DNA from: an uncultured bacterium
GTDB taxonomy: Bacteria; Cyanobacteriota; Vampirovibrionia; Gastranaerophilales; Gastranaerophilaceae
DNA length: 64,000 bases
Direction: 5' to 3'
Assembly: GCA_902777385.1 (NCBI GenBank)
Contig: CACYTP010000012.1
Location: 9,552-73,551 of the forward strand
The translations under genes were made by a program, and so were the position numbers. Positions 1 through 9,387 of this stretch are shown piece after piece. Each line of letters opens with the position of its first letter. The first letter of the stretch is position 1. The notes under the pieces were generated by a model. That model had not been told where the DNA came from. It ran no database searches and was given only the letters and a program-made list of their open reading frames with translations.

Positions 1-40
1 TTATGCAACATATTCCATATAATCCCAAAAGTCTTATAAG

Positions 41-292
41 TTAATCTCCCAGACTTATTTTATCAATATCAATGTATATCCTGTAACCGAGAATTTTGCA
101 TATCATTTTCATTTCGTTGTATCTGAGAGAACCACTGGATAGTTTATGCGAAATTAAACTTTGAGAATAGTTTTTACCGCTTAACTCTGACATTTTTTGG
201 GCAAGTTCCGTAATTGTCATACATTTCGAACCCAACATAATTTTTACTTCATCTTTTAAGTTCATAACGACATTATAACTATATCTTGACAA
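41..292 (-). CDS. small helix-turn-helix (XRE/Cro-like) DNA-binding protein
   Basis: 83-aa ORF. The segment MTITELAQKMSELSGKNYSQSLISHKL has an XRE/Cro-type HTH pattern. Divergent from the pilin-like gene at 371. Confidence 0.5.
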   Translation of the reverse strand: MSRYSYNVVMNLKDEVKIMLGSKCMTITELAQKMSELSGKNYSQSLISHKLSSGSLRYNEMKMICKILGYRIYIDIDKISLGD

Positions 293-370
293 ATTATGAA
301 AATAGTTGTAAAATAATGAATATAATTCATATAATATGAAATAACTTCATTTTTGATTAACGGAGGATAT

Positions 371-1156
371 ATGAAAAAAGGATTTACTTTAGCAGAAGGT
401 GCTACGCACGTAGCTCAGTTTCCAAAGCCTAGTTGTGCTGCGTTTACCCTCGCAGAAGTCTTAATCACCCTTGGTATTATCGGAGTTGTTGCGGCTATGA
501 CTCTGCCAACGCTTATACAAAACTACAGAAAACACGAAGTCGAAACCAAACTGGCTAAATTTTATTCCGTTATGAACCAGGCAATTAAACTGTCAGAAGT
601 TGAAAACGGTGAAATGTCAGCATGGGGTGATATTCAAAGTGGATTTGAACAGGACGAAAATGGTAATAATGATTTATCTAAACCTCGAGCTGAAGCGTGG
701 CTTAAAAAATACATATTCCCATACCTTAGTGCAGTCGAAATAAATAAAATTCCAAATGCACAAAAATTTGAAGTATATTTTAAAGATGGCAGCCTTGCCT
801 TATTTGGAGCGGATAGTGTTGTTTATTATGTAAACAAAAATGCATATAAACTTAACGGAAACACAGAAGGAAAAGATGCATACAATAAAATAGATTTTGG
901 AACAAGGGCATTTACTTTTTTTATAAAACACGCTCATACATGTGAATATTCAACTATCTCGGAAAGCTCAAAATATTCATGCGATGATGCAGGATTACAA
1001 CCATATAAATGGGGTTGGGATGGCACGGAAGAACACTTGCGTAATCGCACAGATATAGGCTGTAATGCAAATGCGACAAATGAAGCTGCATATTGTACTG
1101 CATTAATCCAACTTTACGGCTGGAAGATACCAAAAGATTATCCGTTTAAGTTTTAG
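371..1156 (+). CDS. prepilin-type N-terminal cleavage/methylation domain protein (pilin-like paralog 1)
   Basis: GGAGGA SD 6 nt before the ATG at 371. N-terminus MKKGFTLAEGATHVAQFPKPSCAAFTLAEVLITLGIIGVVAAMTLPTLIQNY carries the class III signal (F+1, E+5, hydrophobic helix). C-terminus is Cys...GW...DYPF. Confidence 0.75.
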   Translation: MKKGFTLAEGATHVAQFPKPSCAAFTLAEVLITLGIIGVVAAMTLPTLIQNYRKHEVETKLAKFYSVMNQAIKLSEVENGEMSAWGDIQSGFEQDENGNNDLSKPRAEAWLKKYIFPYLSAVEINKIPNAQKFEVYFKDGSLALFGADSVVYYVNKNAYKLNGNTEGKDAYNKIDFGTRAFTFFIKHAHTCEYSTISESSKYSCDDAGLQPYKWGWDGTEEHLRNRTDIGCNANATNEAAYCTALIQLYGWKIPKDYPFKF

Positions 1157-2070
1157 AATAACAGCACTTTAATAATAAACTTTACAAATCCGCGTTTTCC
1201 GAATTTATTTATAAAATTGTTTCTGCTATCCAACAAGAATTTAAGAGTTTCAGGACGAATTTTTATGTTATTTGAGATATTTCTTTTTGTGGTTTCATCA
1301 TTGTTATACTTTTTGTCACCCGTTACATAATCCGTTCCGCCTGCATTATTTTTGTGTCTTCTGTACGCAACCAGAGGTGATGAAATATTTATAGAACCTC
1401 CAATCAAGTGCATCAGGTTGAATATAAATTTATCGGGACAAACTTTCCATTTATCCGCATTTTTATAATTCAAAATTATCTCTAAAGAGGATTTTCTGTG
1501 CATTGCCGTACTGTTAGGCGACCAATACCATCCTCCAAATCGTTTCCCTTTAACTTTTTTATATTCAACATTTTCAGTATTTGACAATTCCGCAAGAGAT
1601 TTTATATCATCTTTGTCTTGCGGAGAAGATATTGAATATGCCGTATGAAGTTCATTATTCTCGTCAATTTCAAGCATACTGCAAGAAGTAAACGCCGCAC
1701 TTGTTTCAAGATGAACCTTAACATGAGCCGCTGCGTATTCGGGAAGCAGCAAATCATCCGAATCAACAAAACTAACAAATACACCCTGTGCAATCTTTAA
1801 TCCGTCAATCATTGAAGCTAATTGTCCGAGATTTTTGCCGTGCTTTATCAGAGTAATCCGCATATTCTGATTATTTTGAATAAACCGTTCAACAATCTCT
1901 GCGGAATTATCCTCCGAACAATCATCTACAACAATAATTTCAAAATGCTTATATGTCTGATTTTTAATACTCTCTAAAGTTTGTTCCAGAAATTTTCCGT
2001 AATTATATGAAGTAACAACAAAACTTACAAGAGGAGTTTTAAGCATTTTCATTTCCTTCTTCTTCGGCAA
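1153..2070 (-). CDS. family 2 glycosyltransferase
   Basis: VSFVVTSYNYGKFLEQTLESIKNQTYKHFEIIVVDDCSEDNS is a typical GT2 N-terminal motif with DxD-type VDSDD. Its stop overlaps the convergent pilin-like gene stop. Confidence 0.8.
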   Translation of the reverse strand: MPKKKEMKMLKTPLVSFVVTSYNYGKFLEQTLESIKNQTYKHFEIIVVDDCSEDNSAEIVERFIQNNQNMRITLIKHGKNLGQLASMIDGLKIAQGVFVSFVDSDDLLLPEYAAAHVKVHLETSAAFTSCSMLEIDENNELHTAYSISSPQDKDDIKSLAELSNTENVEYKKVKGKRFGGWYWSPNSTAMHRKSSLEIILNYKNADKWKVCPDKFIFNLMHLIGGSINISSPLVAYRRHKNNAGGTDYVTGDKKYNNDETTKRNISNNIKIRPETLKFLLDSRNNFINKFGKRGFVKFIIKVLLF

Positions 2071-3112
2071 TCAGATTTGCACGTTTTTTGTTATGAACAA
2101 CCGAAGAAACAAACGCCGCAACAATAAAACCTAACCCGATTAAACCTGTAATAACTTCCGGAACTTCTTTTACCGTTGAAACAAGCATTAACCCTGCTAA
2201 AGCACCGATTGCCCAGTGAGCACCATGTTCAAGATATAAAAACTGTGCCAAAGTTTTCTTTTCTACCAGCAAAATTGTAAGAGAACGAACAAACATTGCA
2301 CCGATTGAAAGACCTATTGTAATTATTATAATATCTTTACTCAATGCAAATGCACCCAGTACCCCGTCAAGAGAGAAGGATGCATCTATAAGTTCAAGAT
2401 AAATAAAGCTTATTAATCCCGTGCAAGCCAAAGATTTGCCTGTACTTGCAGCGGCACGCATTTCCTCGTGTTTTTCCAAGAAATGAGTAAATCCCTCAAT
2501 TAATAAATATGTAATAATACCGCTTATACCTGCTATCATAACAGAAACCTTCTGCTCAGCAGGAACAGCAGCCTGAGTTGCCAACAACATGAATAATGCA
2601 AGTACAATTTCTATTCCTTTTAAATGATCAAGGTGAGATAACGGCAATTCTATAAACTTTATCCAGTGAACAACTTTTTCGTGATTGAAAAAGTAATTAA
2701 GACATAACATAACAAGGAACATTCCGCCGAAAGTTACAATCGGTGCATGAGTCAGATGCAGATAATGTGCATACTGATCCGGATTTGTAGTCGCAATCTT
2801 AAACACCTCAAGCATACTGAGTTTTGCAAATATTGCAACAACCAGTATCGGGAATAAGAATCTCATACCGAACACCGCTATCGCAATACCCCATGTTATA
2901 AATCTGTGACGCCATTTTTCGCTCATCTTTTCTAATTTCATTGCATTGACTACAGCATTATCGAAAGATAAACTTACCTCAAGTATTCCCAACACAAGTG
3001 CAATAAAAGCACACTGTAAACCACTGCCGGAATGGACATGTTCACCCCATAAAAAGGCTCCTATCAAACCTGCAGCCGTAACTAAATATGAACCTAAAAA
3101 ATATTTTAGCAT
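2039..3112 (-). CDS. DUF475/TerC-like integral membrane protein
   Basis: Polytopic membrane protein with the LEVSLSFDNAVVNA motif seen in DUF475/TerC-type proteins. Confidence 0.5.
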   Translation of the reverse strand: MLKYFLGSYLVTAAGLIGAFLWGEHVHSGSGLQCAFIALVLGILEVSLSFDNAVVNAMKLEKMSEKWRHRFITWGIAIAVFGMRFLFPILVVAIFAKLSMLEVFKIATTNPDQYAHYLHLTHAPIVTFGGMFLVMLCLNYFFNHEKVVHWIKFIELPLSHLDHLKGIEIVLALFMLLATQAAVPAEQKVSVMIAGISGIITYLLIEGFTHFLEKHEEMRAAASTGKSLACTGLISFIYLELIDASFSLDGVLGAFALSKDIIIITIGLSIGAMFVRSLTILLVEKKTLAQFLYLEHGAHWAIGALAGLMLVSTVKEVPEVITGLIGLGFIVAAFVSSVVHNKKRANLIAEEEGNENA

Positions 3113-3256
3113 TATTAAACCCTCTCTACTTTGGTTATATTAAACCATATTCAGACATTTCTGACAATACAACGCCTGATTGAATATCAAAATATATTCA
3201 ATCAGTCCGCAAAATTTTTTATTTCATGGTATAATGATTTCACTAAGGAGATAATT

Positions 3257-3601
3257 ATGACTTTAAGAAATGAACGAGTGCGAAAAGAATTAATGCGTGA
3301 CATATCCGAAATTCTCAGAAAAGAAATTCGCGGATTAGCAGGTGTAGTGTCAATTGTTGATGTAGAAGTAGCTCACGACAATTCTTTTGCAAAGGTTATA
3401 TACAGCGTCCTCGGTTCGGAAGAACAAATAGAAAAAACAAAAGAAATTATAGAAAAAAGTACCCCTAAAATCAGATATGAAGTCGGCAAACAAATTCGTC
3501 TACGCTTAACTCCGGAATTGAAGTTTGTTTATACAGACTCTTTAGAAAAAGGTTCAAAAGTAAGTGAGTTAATCAACAAAATTTCCCGTGGAGAAATCTA
3601 A
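3257..3601 (+). CDS. rbfA: ribosome-binding factor A
   Basis: AAGGAG SD at 3245..3250 before the ATG at 3257. RVRKELMRDISEILRKEIR...IVDVEVAHDNSFAKVIYSVLG...LRLTPELKFVYTDSLEKG matches the RbfA pattern. The ORF-track start at 3131 is probably too far upstream. Confidence 0.85.
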   Translation: MTLRNERVRKELMRDISEILRKEIRGLAGVVSIVDVEVAHDNSFAKVIYSVLGSEEQIEKTKEIIEKSTPKIRYEVGKQIRLRLTPELKFVYTDSLEKGSKVSELINKISRGEI

Positions 3602-3607
3602 GAAATT

Positions 3608-4507
3608 ATGTTCGGGGTAATAAATATATATAAACCCAAAGGTATAACCTCTCACGACGTTGTAGGCATTGTAAGAAAAATACTTGGTATCAAACAAGTC
3701 GGACATACCGGAACTCTTGATCCGTTTGCAGAAGGGGTTTTACCGATTTGTGTCGGCAAAGCAACCAGACTGATTGAATATTTTGATGATGATAAAGAAT
3801 ATATTGCAACGGTACAATTCGGAACAGCTACAGAAACCTACGATACAGAAGGCAAAATAACAAAAACAAGTAATAAAAAAATTACTCAGACAGAAATTTT
3901 AGAAAATCTGAAATTTTTTAGCGGAGAAATAGAACAAATCCCTCCGATTTATTCTGCGATAAAAGTTAACGGCAAAAAATTGTACGAATATGCAAGAGAA
4001 GGCAAATCTGTTGATATAGAACCAAGAAAAGTTACTGTATATGAAATTGAGCTTGTTGGATTTGATAACATAAATCAAACCGCCGACATAAGAATAAAAT
4101 GTTCAAAAGGAACTTACATTCGCTCAATTGCAAATGATTTGGGAGAAAAATTGGGATGCTGCGGACACCTTATAAAACTTATACGTTCAAAAGCCGGCAA
4201 ATTCAACGTTGAAAATTCCGTACAATTACCTGCAAATATTAAAGAAGATAAAAAATATACAATAAAAGAAAATGCAAAAGAAATTCTGTGTAAAGCAATT
4301 CAAAACCCGACAGCAGCAATTTCTTTACCTCAGATGATTATTACAGACGCAGAATATGAGAAGATTTCACACGGAAATCCGATAAAAATTAACAATAAAA
4401 AATTTAAATGTGGTGATTTTTTAATTTTGGTTTATAATAATAATGTTGTTGCGACAGCTCAACAAAAAGAAGAAGAAATAAGAGTGAAAAAGGTGTTTAT
4501 ACAATGA
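3608..4507 (+). CDS. truB: tRNA pseudouridine(55) synthase
   Basis: GHTGTLDPFAEGVLPICVGKATR catalytic Asp motif. Canonical rbfA-truB gene order. Confidence 0.9.
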   Translation: MFGVINIYKPKGITSHDVVGIVRKILGIKQVGHTGTLDPFAEGVLPICVGKATRLIEYFDDDKEYIATVQFGTATETYDTEGKITKTSNKKITQTEILENLKFFSGEIEQIPPIYSAIKVNGKKLYEYAREGKSVDIEPRKVTVYEIELVGFDNINQTADIRIKCSKGTYIRSIANDLGEKLGCCGHLIKLIRSKAGKFNVENSVQLPANIKEDKKYTIKENAKEILCKAIQNPTAAISLPQMIITDAEYEKISHGNPIKINNKKFKCGDFLILVYNNNVVATAQQKEEEIRVKKVFIQ

Positions 4508-5364
4508 AGAAACTGGCTTTGATTTTAGGTTTAATGTTAACAATTAATACTGCTGCAAATGCAGGCACATACGGAATGACTTGTCCCGCTAATCCTTATT
4601 CACAATCAATAGGATTAAGCAATATTACGGGTATAAATTTTCTGTCCGAAAAAATTGCAAATGCCATAATTAAAAAAGCCATTCTAAAAGATTCAAAAGG
4701 GAAATACAAAGTTGACATGCAGTCGTACAACCTGAGTTCACTAAAACAAGGTATTTTCAAATCTCTTGAAATAACAGGTAAAGATACCGTAACTGACGGG
4801 GTTTATATTTCTAATATCAAACTTAAAACATTATGTGATTATAATTATATTGCTTTGGATAACAAGAATAAAACAGCCACATTCAAAGAAGATTTCCACA
4901 TGGCATACGCTTTGCAATTCACTGAAGACGATTTAATCAATACTATGCAGACAAACAGACAATATTTGGAAATGATTAGAAAAGCAAACAGCATAGGAAA
5001 TGCCTCAAAATTATTCAATATTGTATCTACTTCTGCAAAAATCAAAGACAATAAATTATATTACACTATGAAGGTCGCAATACCGCTTATTAAGAAAAGA
5101 CCTGAAATTGTAATTGAAACAGACATGAAAGCACGCAACGGGGAAATAGTTTTGAATGACTCAAAACTGGTAACTGATAGCTTTAAGCTTGATATGAGCA
5201 AGCTGGAAAAAATACTTAATTTTCTGAATCCTCTGGAATTTGCTATAGGTATTTTTGAAGAAAAACAAGCAGTATCAAAAGTCCAAGAAATAACTATTCA
5301 AAATAATACAGTTAATATTATAGGAACATTTACAATACCTAAAGATGTTGTTACTGAACAATAG
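4504..5364 (+). CDS. secreted protein, possibly DUF2993/LmeA-like lipid-binding
   Basis: Signal peptide MKKLALILGLMLTINTAANA. The beta-rich repeat pattern resembles DUF2993. ATGA overlap with truB. Confidence 0.35.
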   Translation: MKKLALILGLMLTINTAANAGTYGMTCPANPYSQSIGLSNITGINFLSEKIANAIIKKAILKDSKGKYKVDMQSYNLSSLKQGIFKSLEITGKDTVTDGVYISNIKLKTLCDYNYIALDNKNKTATFKEDFHMAYALQFTEDDLINTMQTNRQYLEMIRKANSIGNASKLFNIVSTSAKIKDNKLYYTMKVAIPLIKKRPEIVIETDMKARNGEIVLNDSKLVTDSFKLDMSKLEKILNFLNPLEFAIGIFEEKQAVSKVQEITIQNNTVNIIGTFTIPKDVVTEQ

Positions 5365-5382
5365 AGAAAGGGTTTACAAATC

Positions 5383-6000
5383 ATGAATAAACAACAGCAA
5401 TCGTTATTACTGGCACTTATAGGTCTTATTATTATAGCATTATCAATTTTCATCGGTATAAGAGTGCTTTCTCCGCTAATGACAGAGCCGCAAGAAAATC
5501 CGGGAGCTATTGCAGAAACACCGCAGGAACTTCCTAATGAAAATCCGGAAGCTAATCCTGAAGAGCCTGTCGCAAAAGAATATGTACCAATTGTATTTAT
5601 CGGTAAAAATTCTAACGGAGACGAGGTTTATAAAGTTGTAAAAAGAGAATACGATCAAAATATTGATGGCTCTAAATTAAGACACGCAATCAATTCACTT
5701 ATTCTCGGACCTAAACAGAATGAAAAAATGAGCGGAATATACTCGGAAGTTCCGACAAGCACAAACATATTACACATATATGATAATGAAGATAAAGTTA
5801 TTGTAGATTTGTCATCAGGATTTGCCTATGGCGGCGGCTCAGAGAGCATCTACAAAAGATTATTCCAGCTTATAAAAACTATTACAAGAAATACCGAAAA
5901 ACCTGCATATTTATATATTGACGGTAAGCAGGCAGATGTAATAGGCGGAGACGGAATAATGATTACACAACCGCTCAGTGAAAAGTCAATTGGTGAATAA
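5383..6000 (+). CDS. GerMN domain-containing membrane-anchored protein
   Basis: N-terminal TM helix, Pro/Glu-rich linker, then LILGP...SGIYSEVPTSTNIL...VIVDLSSGF, typical of the GerMN domain. Confidence 0.6.
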   Translation: MNKQQQSLLLALIGLIIIALSIFIGIRVLSPLMTEPQENPGAIAETPQELPNENPEANPEEPVAKEYVPIVFIGKNSNGDEVYKVVKREYDQNIDGSKLRHAINSLILGPKQNEKMSGIYSEVPTSTNILHIYDNEDKVIVDLSSGFAYGGGSESIYKRLFQLIKTITRNTEKPAYLYIDGKQADVIGGDGIMITQPLSEKSIGE

Positions 6001-6003
6001 AGA

Positions 6004-6270
6004 ATGGAAAAGGACTTAGACTACTATCTTAATCTTGATTGGACATTAATTGAAGGAGAGGATTTGGATTTTGAAGGGAAACCTTATCATTACATTATGA
6101 TAGACGAAATTCCAAGTTTCTGCTTCTGTTCTAAGTCAATTGAAAAAGCCAGAGAGAATTATAAAAAACAATTAAAACTGACTTTAACTGTCATGCTTGA
6201 AACGGGTGAACACATTACAGAACCCGGAGAAAATAATGACGAAACGGACTGGGAAAGTCTTTGCCCATAA
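6004..6270 (+). CDS. HicB-like / UPF0150 family small protein
   Basis: YHYIMIDEIPSFCFCSKSIEKARENYKKQLKLTLTVMLETGEHITEPG follows the HicB-antitoxin fold pattern. No HicA partner seen nearby. Confidence 0.4.
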   Translation: MEKDLDYYLNLDWTLIEGEDLDFEGKPYHYIMIDEIPSFCFCSKSIEKARENYKKQLKLTLTVMLETGEHITEPGENNDETDWESLCP

Positions 6271-6289
6271 AATAAGAGGTTAATGATTA

Positions 6290-6760
6290 ATGGAAGAAAA
6301 TACACAAGAAGTTACTGCCAATCTTACAGAAGACAATAATGACAAACAATCTGAATGCGGTTGCAAAAAAGTCCTAATGTGGATTTTAAAATCTCCGCAA
6401 AACCCGTATATACTTGGGATTTTATCCGTCATATTTTTGTATATGGTAAACTTTACTCCAATTGTTTTTACAACAGCGGCATTAATTTGGTTTTGTTACA
6501 ATAGAAAAATTATTGATTTTAAATCTTTAATAAAATTTTCCGCAATATACTCACTCGGACAAATGCTCGTTAATTCCTACATTATATATCAAACAGGATT
6601 TGTAGATATAACAGGATTACAGTATATTGCACTCAGAATGTTAGGCTTCTTCGTACTTTCATTTGTTTTGGGAAGTTTGATGTTCTATCTTGCCAACGGT
6701 ATTTTTTACATTGCATATAGGCTTTTAAGAAAAATTATGCAAACGGATAATCCTGAATAA
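6290..6760 (+). CDS. hypothetical polytopic membrane protein
   Basis: 156-aa ORF with about 4 hydrophobic helices. No motif recognised. Confidence 0.4.
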   Translation: MEENTQEVTANLTEDNNDKQSECGCKKVLMWILKSPQNPYILGILSVIFLYMVNFTPIVFTTAALIWFCYNRKIIDFKSLIKFSAIYSLGQMLVNSYIIYQTGFVDITGLQYIALRMLGFFVLSFVLGSLMFYLANGIFYIAYRLLRKIMQTDNPE

Positions 6761-6825
6761 CATTTACAAGACAAGTATTTAAGGGTATAATAAAATAAAG
6801 AATTTAATTGAAAGGCTGCAATAAA

Positions 6826-7341
6826 ATGATAGAAATGAAAGTTATGGGTATTGCTCTGGATACAAGAACAGGCTCCCCGATAGTTGTATTACACGATAAA
6901 GAAAACAGAAGGGCTTTGCCAATATGGATTGGCTCAGCAGAAGCAAGTGCTATAATAAGAAAAATTGAAAATCTTAGTGTAGCAAGACCTATGACCCACG
7001 ATTTAATTATAAACGTAATCGAAAAAACCGGTTACGAACTGGAAAAAGTAACTATTAATGACGTAGAAAAAGAAACTTACTACGCTACACTTTATCTGAG
7101 AAATGACAAAGATGAAGTTATAGAAATAGATTCACGCCCATCTGATGCAATAGCAATTGCCATAAGAGTTGATGCACCGATTTATGTTACACCTAACGTA
7201 CTTTCTAACGGTTCAGTATCCACCGATACGGCAAAAGATGAGGAAGAAGCTCAGGAGTTCAAAGAATTTATCCAGAGCATAAAACCGTCAGACTTTGCTA
7301 AATTAATGAAAGACAACGATCATCACGAAAGTGATCAGTAA
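6826..7341 (+). CDS. bifunctional nuclease family protein (BFN/DUF151)
   Basis: PIVVLHDKENRRALPIWIGSAEASAI...RPMTHDL...YYATLYL...IDSRPSDAIAIAIRVDAPIYV matches the BFN domain. The ATG at 6826 has GAAAGG upstream. The ORF track starts at a TTG at 6808. Confidence 0.75.
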   Translation: MIEMKVMGIALDTRTGSPIVVLHDKENRRALPIWIGSAEASAIIRKIENLSVARPMTHDLIINVIEKTGYELEKVTINDVEKETYYATLYLRNDKDEVIEIDSRPSDAIAIAIRVDAPIYVTPNVLSNGSVSTDTAKDEEEAQEFKEFIQSIKPSDFAKLMKDNDHHESDQ

Positions 7342-7450
7342 AAATTATTTGATTATATTAAGAATGTAACAAAAAATCTTAAACCTGAAATTTGCTTGAA
7401 AAATAATTTTTTATATAAGAGAAGAGAGCAAATATCAAGAGGTCAAGAAG

Positions 7451-7654
7451 TTGGATTATTCGGTTAAGGCAGTACAGGCACAGCAGCTATACAAGGTGCA
7501 GCCTGTCAGTTTAGAAGAGAAATCAAATCAAAGAAATTTCCGACAACAAGAAATGGCGGGCATAAATCCGTTTACACAAAAGACGTATAACCCGTTCTAT
7601 CCGTCAGTGGAAAACAGTCCCACACTGGCTCGTTCGTTGGATTTACTAGGATAA
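7451..7654 (+). CDS. small hypothetical protein (TTG start; uncertain)
   Basis: 67-aa ORF with AAGAGG 9 nt upstream of the TTG, followed by a hairpin at 7682..7696. An internal MAGINPF start at 7553 is also possible. Confidence 0.25.
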   Translation: MDYSVKAVQAQQLYKVQPVSLEEKSNQRNFRQQEMAGINPFTQKTYNPFYPSVENSPTLARSLDLLG

Positions 7655-7681
7655 ATTTAGTTAAAAAAATAAGGAAAAAAT

Positions 7682-7696
7682 GCCCTATTTTAGGGC
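7682..7696 (+). terminator. weak hairpin terminator
   Basis: GCCCTA-TTT-TAGGGC after an A-run. Only a short T tract follows. Confidence 0.35.
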
Positions 7697-7790
7697 TTAA
7701 TATTTCGTAATATAATGCACAAAATTACGCAATTTTTTGTGCATTAAATTTTTTATATATATGTAAGGAAAAATTAAGGGGTAAATTAAC

Positions 7791-8003
7791 ATGGCACCAA
7801 TTTTCGGACTTGGAGCAATCTCAACAGCATTCAGACCGACGGCTATTACTACGGGAGAAACGCCTAAAGCTGAAGTTCGCAGTTCTTCATTCATACAAAA
7901 TACAATAGCTCCTAAATATTCACTTACATTTCCAAAGGTAGATAATTCTGTACCTTATGGAGATTCACAGTTAGGGACAAAATTACCAAGACTTTATGCT
8001 TAA
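7791..8003 (+). CDS. small hypothetical protein
   Basis: 70-aa ORF with AAGGGG upstream, ending before the bidirectional terminator at 8034. The N-terminus MAPIFGLGAI resembles the ORF at 38955 (MGSIFGIADL). Confidence 0.3.
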   Translation: MAPIFGLGAISTAFRPTAITTGETPKAEVRSSSFIQNTIAPKYSLTFPKVDNSVPYGDSQLGTKLPRLYA

Positions 8004-8033
8004 AAAAGATTTTTGCAATCTCGAAAGATATAA

Positions 8034-8054
8034 ATGCCGGCTATATGCCGGCAT
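8034..8054. terminator. bidirectional intrinsic terminator
   Basis: ATGCCGGC-TATAT-GCCGGCAT flanked by A-rich and T-rich runs, between convergent genes. Confidence 0.7.
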
Positions 8055-8077
8055 TATTGTTTTATAACCAATTTTAT

Positions 8078-8902
8078 TTACCACGGATAATCGCGGTCCA
8101 TCTGCCAGCCATCTCTCATAATTTTTGCTGAACAAGTATAACCGTCTGAATTTCTACCTTTGCCGCAACCGGCTCGTATATTGTTATTATTCCACAGAGT
8201 TACATCTTGAGCATCTGCACCATCTACATTAGAACTACCCGGGAAGAGCATCCAACCGCTGTTTCCCAATCCGTGTCCGTCATTTGTTCTAGAATATTTG
8301 AAATAAAAAAGGTCCTTTCCGAGTGTATTATAACCTGAATACGGTCCGTCAACATCAATATAAAAGACTCCTCTGTCATTACCGGTATAGGCATAAGCCA
8401 TCCAAAGTACGCAGGCACCGTTTGGCATCTGAGCCGACCAAGAATAAGTTGAGAAAGGATTGAGATCCGCACCCCTTAAATTTTTGTATGGACGATAAGG
8501 TTTTCCTTCATAACACATAACTTTATCGGCATCTGCAACACGTTCATACATTTTTGCACCCATTTTTTTAGGTACCAAGTGAAAACAGCTTTCTTGAGAA
8601 TAATCAAATTCCGTTCCTCCGTTATCACAAGACCACTTGTGCATAGGTAGCGTGTCAAACTCTGCTGATACAGCCTCTGCACCTGTCTGTAACTGTGAAA
8701 ACGTCTGTTTCAAACGATTTAATGCAACACCTTTTTGATAATTCTGAATTAAAGCAGGCAAAGTCATAGCAGCAACCACACCAATTATGCCGAGGGTGAT
8801 TAAGACTTCTGCAAGTGTAAAGGCGGCACGACGAGGCTTTACAGACTGAGCTACGTGCGTAGCACCTTCGGCAAGAGTAAAAGCGGCTTTCTTTGATGTC
8901 AT
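8078..8902 (-). CDS. prepilin-type N-terminal cleavage/methylation domain protein (pilin-like paralog 2)
   Basis: From the ATG at 8902: MTSKKAAFTLAEGATHVAQSVKPRRAAFTLAEVLITLGIIGVVAAMTLPALIQNYQK. C-terminus is CSAKIMRDGWQMDRDYPW. The ORF track extends it to 9343 through repeat elements (see findings). Confidence 0.7.
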   Translation of the reverse strand: MTSKKAAFTLAEGATHVAQSVKPRRAAFTLAEVLITLGIIGVVAAMTLPALIQNYQKGVALNRLKQTFSQLQTGAEAVSAEFDTLPMHKWSCDNGGTEFDYSQESCFHLVPKKMGAKMYERVADADKVMCYEGKPYRPYKNLRGADLNPFSTYSWSAQMPNGACVLWMAYAYTGNDRGVFYIDVDGPYSGYNTLGKDLFYFKYSRTNDGHGLGNSGWMLFPGSSNVDGADAQDVTLWNNNNIRAGCGKGRNSDGYTCSAKIMRDGWQMDRDYPW

Positions 8903-9040
8903 CACGAACTTTACAAAGCGAACCACCGCAACGAAGTGAGGATGAGTGAGCCTGTATGCAGAGCTGTTTCGGGATCTGGCCACCTTTACATAATTACGAC
9001 TTTCACTATATGCACTACCTAAAGAATCACATTGGCTAGA

Positions 9041-9059
9041 TGCTGAAACGAGTTCAGCA
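9041..9059. repeat. palindromic repeat unit TGCTGAA-N5-TTCAGCA
   Basis: Same stem as 50026..50043, with the 5-nt loop reverse-complemented (acgag vs ctcgt). Confidence 0.7.
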
Positions 9060-9115
9060 CGACATTTAATGGGTGTAGCACCCTCGGCTAGGGTAAAGGC
9101 GGCTTTCCTACCCAT

Positions 9116-9157
9116 GTCATTGCGAGGGAGCAAGTAGGCTTGCGACCGTGGCAATCC
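9116..9157. repeat. REP-like unit GTCATTGCGAG...GGCAATCC
   Basis: Shares both ends with 49157..49191. GC-rich imperfect palindrome in an AT-rich genome. Confidence 0.7.
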
Positions 9158-9284
9158 AGCCGGTTTTGCAATAACTGAGAAATTTTGCCTCGCTTTTTTA
9201 TTTATATTTCTGTAATCTAATGGCTGAATTACGTCGCAAATCAAACCTTTGATTTGCTCGTAATGACATGTGTCCGCATTAGCA

Positions 9285-9387
9285 AAATCTTGTAAATCCT
9301 TACTACGAGAGGATTTTACCCCCCTCCCTATGTTTAAATCCAATCATGATAACATCCTCCGTGGTTTTTGTACATTATCATTATAAC
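9285..9387 (-). repeat. 103-bp leader module, copy A (partner 50215..50317)
   Basis: 8 mismatches in 103 positions, counted by eye. On the minus strand it contains TATAAT, GGAGGA, ATG and the hairpin AAATCCT-N9-AGGATTT. Confidence 0.85.
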
